Below, piece by piece: positions 46,350 to 54,538 of a DNA stretch of 64,000 bases (position 1 is its first letter; each line of letters begins with the position of its first letter). The notes under the pieces are model-generated. The model was not told the DNA's origin, did no database searches, and was given only the letters and a program-made list of their open reading frames with translations. The DNA comes from Anaerolineales bacterium (GTDB taxonomy: Bacteria; Chloroflexota; Anaerolineae; Anaerolineales; UBA11579). Made by a program: the position numbers and the translations under genes. The stretch spans positions 1,651,404 through 1,715,403 of the forward strand of contig OY776212.2 in the NCBI GenBank assembly GCA_963675375.2. The letters are read 5' to 3'.

Positions 46350-47412
46350 GTTGACTTCCTTTCCGCTCGAAGAGCCTGGTGATCAATTTGCGGGTGTAAT
46401 CCGAATACAGCAGGATCACCACCAGAACGAGAACGGCCCGGCCGGCCAGCAGGGCATTGGCAGGTACGCCAAAGGTATACATGGTGATGGTAAAGTTCCA
46501 GATGAGGAGGGCGCCGATCATGCTGGCAAATAAGGAAAAACGCCCGCCGGACATGAGCGTGCCGCCGATGACCACCGCCAAAATTGCATCCAGTTCGTAG
46601 CTGAGGCCAATATTGTTGGCATCGCAGCCATGGATGTAGGAACTGAGGATCAGCCCGGCAATTGCACTGCAAAACCCGCAGAAGGTGTAGGCGAACAGCT
46701 TGACATTCTTCTCGCTGATCCCGGAATAATAAGAGGCTTTGGCATTGATGCCAACCGTCTCTATAAACAGCCCGATGGACGTTTTGCGCACCAACAGCCA
46801 GGCGAGCACGAACACCAGGGCGACAATATACATGGAAACCGGCAGCCCGAGGATAAAACCATTCCCAAACCACCAGTAAGGTTTGTAGTAGACGGTCATG
46901 ATTTGCCCATTGGTGATCAATTGGGCAATCCCGCGCCCGGCTACCATTAAGATCAGGGTGGCGACCATTGGCTGGATCTTCCCCCGTGAGACCAGCATCC
47001 CATTCCACAAGCCACACAATGTACCTGCGGCAAGGTTGGCTATCACCACCAGCCACAGGGGGGTGTTGGTGGTGTTGGCGGCGAGGATATCGTTGGTGAT
47101 CAGCTCATTCCCCAGGGCAGGGTTGATCAGCACCGTGCCCATTGCCGCAGAGATGGCGATCACTGCTCCCACAGAAAGGTCGACCCCTTCGGTGGCAATC
47201 ACCATGGTCATCCCCAGCGCCACCAGCATCAGCGGAGCGGCATTGTTGATCACATCGATCAGGTTGCCATATAAGTGCCCCTGTACAATCCCGAATTTAA
47301 AGAATCCAGGCGCAAAAATGGCATCTACGATCAAGAGAATTGCCAACGCAACCAAAGGCCAGAAAAGCTGGCTCTCTCGAAAACGTTTGGAAAAAGGCGT
47401 GTTTTTTTTCAT
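46333..47412 (-). CDS. sugar ABC transporter permease (YtfT/RbsC-like)
   Basis: 359 aa polytopic protein, paralogous to the downstream permease. Confidence 0.8.
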   Translation of the reverse strand: MKKNTPFSKRFRESQLFWPLVALAILLIVDAIFAPGFFKFGIVQGHLYGNLIDVINNAAPLMLVALGMTMVIATEGVDLSVGAVIAISAAMGTVLINPALGNELITNDILAANTTNTPLWLVVIANLAAGTLCGLWNGMLVSRGKIQPMVATLILMVAGRGIAQLITNGQIMTVYYKPYWWFGNGFILGLPVSMYIVALVFVLAWLLVRKTSIGLFIETVGINAKASYYSGISEKNVKLFAYTFCGFCSAIAGLILSSYIHGCDANNIGLSYELDAILAVVIGGTLMSGGRFSLFASMIGALLIWNFTITMYTFGVPANALLAGRAVLVLVVILLYSDYTRKLITRLFERKGSQRGTSN

Positions 47413-47564
47413 AACTGTCCAGTCTTAAACCCAGGTTATTGTTTGGGGCATTGGTCATAAAAGCCGGAATTTGGGTTGAGAAGCGGCGTATCAGAACGCC
47501 GCTCCTCGTCTACGATAAGTGAGGCAGGGAAGTTTGACACTGCCTCACTCAGTACAGAAAGTGT

Positions 47565-48539
47565 TTAGTATTTACGGCTGGGCAGCAGTTCTTCTGCCTC
47601 ATCCGGGAAGTATACGGTTTCGTCGGTGAGCACTTCGCGGTTAATGGTTTCACCGTTCATCAGTGAGAGTGCCATTTCGTATACTTGCGGGCCAAGCAGC
47701 GGGTTGCATTCCACGTCTGCCTGTACCCACCCATCAATCATCAGCTGGAAGCCGCCGCGGGTGCCATCCACAGAGACGATCACGATGTCTCCGGGTTCCA
47801 GGCCGGCCGCTTTCATTGCTTCAACCGCGCCGATCGCCATGTTGTCGTTGTGGATGAATGCGCCGTCGATTTCACCTTCGTATTTCTTCAAGAAGGCTTC
47901 CATCACGGGTTTGCCTTCGGCGGTGGTGAAGTTACCGGTCTGGGAGTCGATGATTTCGATGTTGTCATTCAGGTTTGCGCGGAAGCCTTCTGCACGGCCA
48001 ACCGCAGCGCCAGAGCCAGGGGTGCCGCTCAGTTCTACAATTTTGCCGCCGTCAGGGAGCAGGGCATTCATTTCATCGGCAGAACGCTGGCCTTCCAGAT
48101 ACATGTCGGAGCCGATATGGGCCGCATAGAGTGATTCGTCTGCGGTCACAGAGCGGTCGACGATGATGACGGGGATGCCCGCTTCTTGTGCCTCGGTGAG
48201 TACGGTTTCCCAACCGTCTTCAACCACAGGCGGAAGCCCGATCACATCTACTTCTTGCTGAATGCAGGCACGCATGGCGGAAATTTGGTTTTCCTGTTTT
48301 TGCTGCGCATCGGAGAAGATCAAGCGGACGCCCAGTTCGCCGGCGGTTTCCTTGAAGGAAGCGGTGTTGGCGGTGCGCCAGTCACTCTCGGCACCGAGCT
48401 GTGGGTAGCAAAAAGTCATATCCGTATATTCACAGTTGGGGGCGCAGCTCTCTTCAGCCGCATCTGGTGCATTGCCGCAAGCTGCCAGCAGCACAGCCAG
48501 GATCAGGACCAAAAATCCAATTTTCTTGAACCGAAACAT
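47565..48539 (-). CDS. sugar ABC transporter substrate-binding lipoprotein (periplasmic binding protein type 1; YtfQ/AraF/RbsB-like)
   Basis: Signal peptide plus lipobox MFRFKKIGFLVLILAVLLAACG. ATG 48539 follows an AAAGGAGAGA RBS; the track ORF extends to 48578. Confidence 0.8.
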   Translation of the reverse strand: MFRFKKIGFLVLILAVLLAACGNAPDAAEESCAPNCEYTDMTFCYPQLGAESDWRTANTASFKETAGELGVRLIFSDAQQKQENQISAMRACIQQEVDVIGLPPVVEDGWETVLTEAQEAGIPVIIVDRSVTADESLYAAHIGSDMYLEGQRSADEMNALLPDGGKIVELSGTPGSGAAVGRAEGFRANLNDNIEIIDSQTGNFTTAEGKPVMEAFLKKYEGEIDGAFIHNDNMAIGAVEAMKAAGLEPGDIVIVSVDGTRGGFQLMIDGWVQADVECNPLLGPQVYEMALSLMNGETINREVLTDETVYFPDEAEELLPSRKY

Positions 48540-48938
48540 TCTTCTCTCCTTTATAGGCATTGTTCCGTATCGGAACATATTGTCGTATAATATTTACGCG
48601 AAATTCCCCTTCAAATAGAAGGTGAGATCGCACAACCGAAGTGCTTGCTTGGGCCGCAAATCCGGGCAAGCGCTTCTCTTTGTGAGCACATTTATTTTCT
48701 ACTCGATAGGAACCTCCTTCCTTGTATATTTTCCAAATTACATCGGGTTGATTCCTGAATTGTCGTAGTGATAAATCTTTTATATGACCTAAAGTGTTCG
48801 GTTTGTGGGTGCCTGGCTGAGAATGTCGCCAGAGTCATGCTGATTTGTACTTACAGCTTAACAAAAAGTTAATATCTCACTCAAGGTTATTTCATTGGGA
48901 CTATGTTAAGAATTTTTGGGGCTTTATATAGCAAAATA

Positions 48939-48968
48939 TACCCTGCCAACCCAGGGTGTATTTTTATT
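48939..48968. terminator. hairpin with flanking T/A runs, probably the displaced terminator of the sensor operon
   Basis: accctg-ccaacc-cagggt with a T-rich flank. It lies immediately beyond the IS insertion point relative to the 50202-51209 gene. Confidence 0.4.
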
Positions 48969-48988
48969 TTTAAAAGGTTAATATTTTT

Positions 48989-50183
48989 CTAGCCACCTGA
49001 CAGTTTCAAAAATCATCGATACACACAGGTAGGAACGGCAACAGGTAGGGCATTGGTAAGTCGCCTTTCGATAAATCGCAATCCAATTTGGAAGATACTC
49101 AAGTCTCGACGCTCATTGCGATCAACGAGATGGCGCTGACCACGATGGATAACCCGTGTGCCAGTCGCAATGGCCCACAAGTAAAGCAAAGCGACAACCA
49201 GGGTCAGCCGAGATAATCGCAAAAAGGATTGCAACATTGAAGCTTCCAAATCAAAACCATGTCCTTTCATATCACCAAACATTTCTTCGATCCACATTCT
49301 TCTTTTGTAGAATGCGAGCGTCATTGGCTTGTCGGGCAGGTTGGTCGCCAGCAGCCAGGGCTCCTTTTCTCCGACTTTCCAATGAGCACATAAATTGACA
49401 GGAAAAATATCCGTCTCGGTCAGATAGCCAGCGCCCAACCAGATACTTTGTCCAGCTCGCTCAATGGTCGATGAAAATGAGACCCAGACTTGCTCAAGTT
49501 CTGTCCAGATTTTTGTGCGCCCTGTTTGGCGCAAAACATAGTACCAGTGCCATTCATTCAGCTGTTTGAGTACCTTTATGGCGCCAAATTCGACGTCTCC
49601 GACCAGAAAAACAGCTACTCCTTCTGGCAGTAAATTCCTGACATAGCTCAATAATGCGATTTGTTTGCTGGCTGTACTGTGCCCACGAACATGTTTGACC
49701 CATGTCCATACGATCGGGATCGCCCGACGTCGATAGGCGATACTCACCATCAAGAGTTGATGTGAAAATCCTACTTTTGTGCCATCCACAATCAATCGGA
49801 TCTCTTTCAGATTGGCATATTGTGCTTGCAGCCAACTTCTCGCTAGCGGTTCATACCATGGCCTCACCCGAATTGCTGGATTATCTAAAAATCGAGATAC
49901 TCGTCTGGTGATGCTCACCAACTTCGCTTTTCCTGGTATCTTGCCAGCGATCTTGCTCAAATACACAGAACGACTTTCATGGATGCCAATCATCATCCAG
50001 GCTAAATTCCTTACGCGTGTCATTCTTTCTTGAGGATACAGTTCCATAATTCGTTGTTTCCAGATATGATACAGTTGAGTGATCGGCATCTTTTACTCCG
50101 TTTCTAAAATGGTTTTCGCAAACTCATTTTATGGCAGAATTGATGCCGATTGCTCCTTTCTCACCAAACTGTCAGGTGGCTAG
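48989..50183 (-). mobile_element. IS4-family insertion sequence, apparently intact
   Basis: Perfect 18-bp terminal inverted repeats: ctagccacctgacagttt (48989-49006) and aaactgtcaggtggctag (50166-50183). They are flanked by the 8-bp direct repeat atattttt (48981-48988 and 50184-50191). A single transposase ORF lies inside. Confidence 0.9.
49013..50089 (-). CDS. IS4-family DDE transposase
   Basis: 358 aa. The Y-(2)-R-(3)-E-(6)-K signature is visible in YKRRMWIEEMFGDMK. Confidence 0.85.
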   Translation of the reverse strand: MPITQLYHIWKQRIMELYPQERMTRVRNLAWMMIGIHESRSVYLSKIAGKIPGKAKLVSITRRVSRFLDNPAIRVRPWYEPLARSWLQAQYANLKEIRLIVDGTKVGFSHQLLMVSIAYRRRAIPIVWTWVKHVRGHSTASKQIALLSYVRNLLPEGVAVFLVGDVEFGAIKVLKQLNEWHWYYVLRQTGRTKIWTELEQVWVSFSSTIERAGQSIWLGAGYLTETDIFPVNLCAHWKVGEKEPWLLATNLPDKPMTLAFYKRRMWIEEMFGDMKGHGFDLEASMLQSFLRLSRLTLVVALLYLWAIATGTRVIHRGQRHLVDRNERRDLSIFQIGLRFIERRLTNALPVAVPTCVYR

Positions 50184-50201
50184 ATATTTTTTAGATTTGC
50201 T

Positions 50202-51209
50202 TCAATATTTGCGGGTAGGTAATATTTCCGCCGCATTTTCGGGGTAGAAAATCGATTCTTCGGAAGGAATCCATTTGGGCACTTCTTCGCCATTGACCAC
50301 TTGCAGGGCGATTTCAAAAAATTGGGGACCCAGCAGCGGGTTGCATTCGATGGTGGCATTCAACTTGCCATCGATCATGGCCTGGAAGGCGTCCCGGATG
50401 GCATCAATGGAAACGATGATGATGTCTTCGCCCGGTTTGAGGCCGTAGGCTTCAATCGCCTTGATCGCCCCAATCGCACTGTCATCGTTGTGGGCAAACA
50501 CGGCATCAATCTGTTCGCCATATTCCAATAAGAGGTTTTCCATCACTTCTTCCCCTTTGGCGCGGGTAAAATCGGCAGACTGCGAGGCGATAATGTGCAT
50601 GTCGGGGTAGTCGCGCAGTACTTCCCGGAAACCATTGTAGCGGTCATTGGCGGGGGCGGAGCCGAGAGTGCCCTCTAACTCGACAATATTCCCCTGACCT
50701 TCGAGTAGGTCGGCCATCACGCGGGCCGCGTTTCGCCCTTCTTCTACAAAGTCAGAGCCGAGATGGGTGGCGTACAGGTCTTCGGGGACATCTGCCCAAC
50801 GATCTACCAGGATGATGGGAATGCCGGCGTCTTTCGCTTCCTGAAATACCGATTCCCACCCGGTTTCCACCACAGGGGAGACGCCGATCACATCGACTTG
50901 CTGGGCGATGAAGGTGCGGATCGCTTTGATCTGATTTTCTTGTTTTTGCTGCGCATCTGAAAAGATGAGTTCTACGCCTAACTCTTGGGAGGCTTCCTTG
51001 ATCGATTCGGTGTTCCCGGTGCGCCACTCGCTTTCATCGCCAATCTGCGAAAAGCCCACCACCAGGTTTTGGTAGGTCTTTTTCCCGTTGACGATTTCCG
51101 GGGTGGAGGTAGGGGTCTCAATAATAGCGCTCTGACACCCGCTAATTGTTACCGCTAACAATGTAAAAACAATAAAATTCTTAACCACCTCTTGTAGTTT
51201 GTACCTCAT
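50202..51209 (-). CDS. sugar-binding lipoprotein (type 1 PBP), sensor-associated paralog of the transporter binding protein
   Basis: Lipobox ISGCQS. Long stretches are shared with the 47565-48539 product (ELIFSDAQQKQENQI, DAGIPIILVDR). It is the last gene of an operon with the kinase and response regulator. Confidence 0.8.
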   Translation of the reverse strand: MRYKLQEVVKNFIVFTLLAVTISGCQSAIIETPTSTPEIVNGKKTYQNLVVGFSQIGDESEWRTGNTESIKEASQELGVELIFSDAQQKQENQIKAIRTFIAQQVDVIGVSPVVETGWESVFQEAKDAGIPIILVDRWADVPEDLYATHLGSDFVEEGRNAARVMADLLEGQGNIVELEGTLGSAPANDRYNGFREVLRDYPDMHIIASQSADFTRAKGEEVMENLLLEYGEQIDAVFAHNDDSAIGAIKAIEAYGLKPGEDIIIVSIDAIRDAFQAMIDGKLNATIECNPLLGPQFFEIALQVVNGEEVPKWIPSEESIFYPENAAEILPTRKY

Positions 51210-51212
51210 TTT

Positions 51213-52736
51213 TTATTCCTTTTTGGTTGATGGGGAATCTACTTGAAGGGGAATCTTAACCGTTACGAGCGTACCTTCCTGGTATTGGCTTTCAATGGTA
51301 AGCCCGTATTCATTACCATAATACAGCTTGATGCGTTTGTTGACATTTGCCAGGCCAAATCCTTCTCCTTTTTGTGCGTTTTCGTCGATGGATTCGGTCA
51401 ACCCCTCCCTGATCTTGGCGAGTTTATAAGGGGTACAGCCAACCCCGTCGTCCTGCACTTCGATCAGCACCTGATTGTTGTTCGTCCTTTTGGCGCGGAT
51501 CCAAATCTTGCCGCCGTTGCGCTTGTTCTTGATGCCATGGTAGAGGGCGTTCTCTGCCAGGGGCTGCAAAGTTAGTTTTAGGATGGTGCCGTCCAGGATG
51601 CCTTCATCAATGTCGATCTGATAATCCAAAATATCCCGGTAGCGAATTTTTTGGATATACAGGTAGCTTTGCACGTGTTCGATTTCCTGCTGGATCGATA
51701 TCCAATCTTTGCCGCGGCTGAGCGCGATCCGGAAGAAGCTGGAAAGCGCCCGCACCAGCTCAATCACCTGGGCAGATTTATTGCCTTCCGCCATCCACAC
51801 GATGGTATCCAGGGTGTTGTACAAAAAGTGGGGGTTGATCTGTGCCTGGAGGGCTTTCAGCTCGGCCTTTTTTAGGTTCTCCTGTTCCTGCACTTTGGCG
51901 TCCAGCAGTTCGCGGATTTTGCTGGTCATGATGTTGAAGCTCAAGCCCAGCTCGGTGATCTCGTCCACATTTGAGCGGGTCACCAGGGCTTGCAGGTCGT
52001 TTTTGGTGATGGTGGTGGTCAGGTCTTGCAGTTTCTTGATCGGCAGGTAGATGCTGGCAGAAATGACCCAGGCAGCGGCGAAGGAGAACCCGATCACACA
52101 GGGGAGCAGGATGAAATAGATCATCACCCAGCGGTTGAAGTGGGATTGATTTTCCAGGTACTGCTGTTCGGCTTGCTGCACTTCAAAGATCATGTAATCT
52201 TGCACGGTTTCCTCGACCACTTCGGAAACGCCGCGGATATTTTCCAGCACCAGTTCATTTTCCGCCACCCGGCTGCCCTGCTCGATCTGCTCCCCCATTT
52301 TGTTCACGTAGCTGGTCAGGGTCGCCAGCGTCCGGCGAATGACTTCCAGCTTGATTTTTGATTTATCCGAGTCGGTGTTTTCATGCAGCTGGTCGAGCTG
52401 CTGGTTGACCTGGTTGATGATTTCGTATTGATTGCCTTCATCAAATTCCATTTTGCCCGCTACAATGTTCCACATCTCGGTATCGATGGCGGGCTTGATG
52501 TAGCCGTTGATGCTGTTTGCCAGGGTGATGTTGGTGATGAGGGCGTCATAATCGCGGTTAAAGCGCAGCACTTCCAAGATCATCATGGTGTTAATCGCAA
52601 CCATGAGGACGATCACGGTAATAAACGAGATCAATATCTTGGAGCGCAGAGAGATATTGATGCGGCTGAACAGGTCGATGAATCTGTTCAGGTATTTAGG
52701 CGTACTGCCGGGGGTGGTCGTATATCCAATTTCCAT
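51213..52736 (-). CDS. sensor histidine kinase, YesM/LytS-type (His_kinase PF06580-like)
   Basis: An N-terminal TM helix, an extracytoplasmic region, a HAMP-like segment, the LQAQINPHFLYNTLDTI H-box and an HATPase domain. Confidence 0.85.
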   Translation of the reverse strand: MEIGYTTTPGSTPKYLNRFIDLFSRINISLRSKILISFITVIVLMVAINTMMILEVLRFNRDYDALITNITLANSINGYIKPAIDTEMWNIVAGKMEFDEGNQYEIINQVNQQLDQLHENTDSDKSKIKLEVIRRTLATLTSYVNKMGEQIEQGSRVAENELVLENIRGVSEVVEETVQDYMIFEVQQAEQQYLENQSHFNRWVMIYFILLPCVIGFSFAAAWVISASIYLPIKKLQDLTTTITKNDLQALVTRSNVDEITELGLSFNIMTSKIRELLDAKVQEQENLKKAELKALQAQINPHFLYNTLDTIVWMAEGNKSAQVIELVRALSSFFRIALSRGKDWISIQQEIEHVQSYLYIQKIRYRDILDYQIDIDEGILDGTILKLTLQPLAENALYHGIKNKRNGGKIWIRAKRTNNNQVLIEVQDDGVGCTPYKLAKIREGLTESIDENAQKGEGFGLANVNKRIKLYYGNEYGLTIESQYQEGTLVTVKIPLQVDSPSTKKE

Positions 52737-52740
52737 TTGT

Positions 52741-54357
52741 CTACTCTACATTCTTGTTTTCTTTAAATTGTTCCCGGAATTTTTGAGGGGATAAACCGGT
52801 TTTCTTTTTGAAAACAAAACTAAAATAATGGGAGTCGTTATACCCACTCTGATAGGCAATTGTGGCGCATTTGAGGTTGGTGGTGACGAGCAGCTCTTTA
52901 GCATGACCGATCCTCAGTTTTGCCAGGTAGTCTTTAAAAGGTTCGCCCATTTCCTGGCTGAAGATGGTGCTGAAATAACTGGGGGTGATGTTGTACAGCT
53001 CTGCCACCCGGCTCATTTTTAGATCGGGGTTGGAAAAGTTTTCTTCCAGGTAAGTTTTGGCGTGCTGTAAGGTGCGGGAGCGCTCCCGATTGGTCTGGTT
53101 GCTGCGGGAAGCCAGCGCAGTGGCGAAGGTCTCCTGCATATATGCTTTGATCTTCTCCATATTGTCCAGGTCATTGAGCGTGTTCTCAATCTTTTGCAGG
53201 TCTACGGAAAACGCCTCGGCTTGCTCCCCCAGATTGCTGATGAATTGTGCCACCGTGAGGATGATGTCGACGAACATGTAATGCTTCATCACATAAGACT
53301 GCAAGGAGAGACGGGCGGCGGGTGCGATGGTGGCAGCAAAGAACGGTTCAAAGTTTTGCATATCCCCAAACTTTAGATAATTCTCAATGGCGGCGTGGTC
53401 GATTTTGAGGATTTCTACCGGTTCGCTTTGGGTGGGTGGGGCAGTTTGGGAGGGAGGCGTGGCTTTACTTTTTGCCAAGGCTTCTGCAAAGGAGCGGTGG
53501 ATATTCCCTAACCGATCCTGCGGGCGGCCTAATGCTACAACCGCACGGCAGTCGATCCGCTTTTCAATCTCTTTTTTCAGCAGACCGCCCAAGAAGGCAC
53601 CTTCCTGAATCAATTGTTCTGGGCTTTCCCCTTTCATCAGCAAGACCAGTTCTTCAAAGTCCTTTTTGGTCAGGAAAATATCCAGGTTGTTGCCGGCAAA
53701 TTCAGAAACAATCTTTTCAACTTCCTGATACAGCTGGTAGTCAAAGGGGCCGTGTTCGTCACATAACTCGATTTTTATCAGGATCACGAGGTAATGTTTG
53801 GCAATCAGCGCCAACCCCAGCTGGCGGCTCTGTTCAAAAGCCTCGACAGATGAAATTCCGCCCATCACCAATTGAAGTAAAAATTTCTCCCTGCTGAGGG
53901 CTAAAGTGTTTTCTATTTTGTGTTCCAGCTTTTTTAGTTTTTCGCGGGCTTGTTGTTCCTGGTCTAGTTTTGCGGCGAGATCGATCAGTACTTGTTTTAA
54001 GTCCCCCGCGCTGATCGGTTTGAGCAGGTATTCGGTGATACCCAGTTTGACGGCCGACTGGGCATAGTTGAATTCGTCGTGCCCGCTGAGGATGATGACC
54101 TTGATCCAGGGCATATGTTCACGGACGATTTTACTTAGCTGTAATCCATCCATGAAGGGCATCTTGATATCGGTGATCAGAACATCAGGCTTAGCTTCTT
54201 CTATCAGAGGAAGGGCGATCTCTCCATTTGGTGCTTCCCCGCAGAATTCGAACCCGGCTGCTCCCCAATCCACGTTATCCCGGATGCCTTCTCTGGTGAT
54301 TATTTCGTCCTCAACCAGGAAAACCTTGTAGTTCATAATTTCATTATACATTAACAA
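52741..54357 (-). CDS. response regulator with AraC-type HTH output (YesN-like)
   Basis: A receiver domain (KVFLVEDE...DVLITDIKMP) and a C-terminal AraC double HTH. The likelier start is ATG 54336 (MNYKVFLVEDE). Confidence 0.85.
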   Translation of the reverse strand: MLMYNEIMNYKVFLVEDEIITREGIRDNVDWGAAGFEFCGEAPNGEIALPLIEEAKPDVLITDIKMPFMDGLQLSKIVREHMPWIKVIILSGHDEFNYAQSAVKLGITEYLLKPISAGDLKQVLIDLAAKLDQEQQAREKLKKLEHKIENTLALSREKFLLQLVMGGISSVEAFEQSRQLGLALIAKHYLVILIKIELCDEHGPFDYQLYQEVEKIVSEFAGNNLDIFLTKKDFEELVLLMKGESPEQLIQEGAFLGGLLKKEIEKRIDCRAVVALGRPQDRLGNIHRSFAEALAKSKATPPSQTAPPTQSEPVEILKIDHAAIENYLKFGDMQNFEPFFAATIAPAARLSLQSYVMKHYMFVDIILTVAQFISNLGEQAEAFSVDLQKIENTLNDLDNMEKIKAYMQETFATALASRSNQTNRERSRTLQHAKTYLEENFSNPDLKMSRVAELYNITPSYFSTIFSQEMGEPFKDYLAKLRIGHAKELLVTTNLKCATIAYQSGYNDSHYFSFVFKKKTGLSPQKFREQFKENKNVE

Positions 54358-54498
54358 ACTTTTAATCTAAGGATGTTTTGTACAAAGTCTGGAAATTTCC
54401 TGGGTATTTTGGTTTTAGTTTTCATTTGGTATACTAAAGGTGCATATGGGTGAGAATTACTGCACATCCGTGAATGGATCAAGATAATATTTATTCAT

Positions 54499-54515
54499 TA
54501 ATCAATCATTGATTA
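54499..54515. promoter_or_regulatory. AT-rich perfect palindrome (Fur-family-box-like) 24 nt upstream of the LRR protein start
   Basis: taatcaat-c-attgatta, embedded in gataatatttattcattaatcaatcattgattatcatt. Confidence 0.35.
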
Positions 54516-54538
54516 TCATTGTTTGTCTGGAGGGGAAG

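Noticed and set aside
46322-47056. A 244-aa alternative-frame ORF on the minus strand inside the permease gene.
   Set aside because: It shares a strand with the 359-aa permease but is out of frame, and the permease frame gives a coherent polytopic membrane protein. The alternative product is Arg/Pro/His-rich nonsense.
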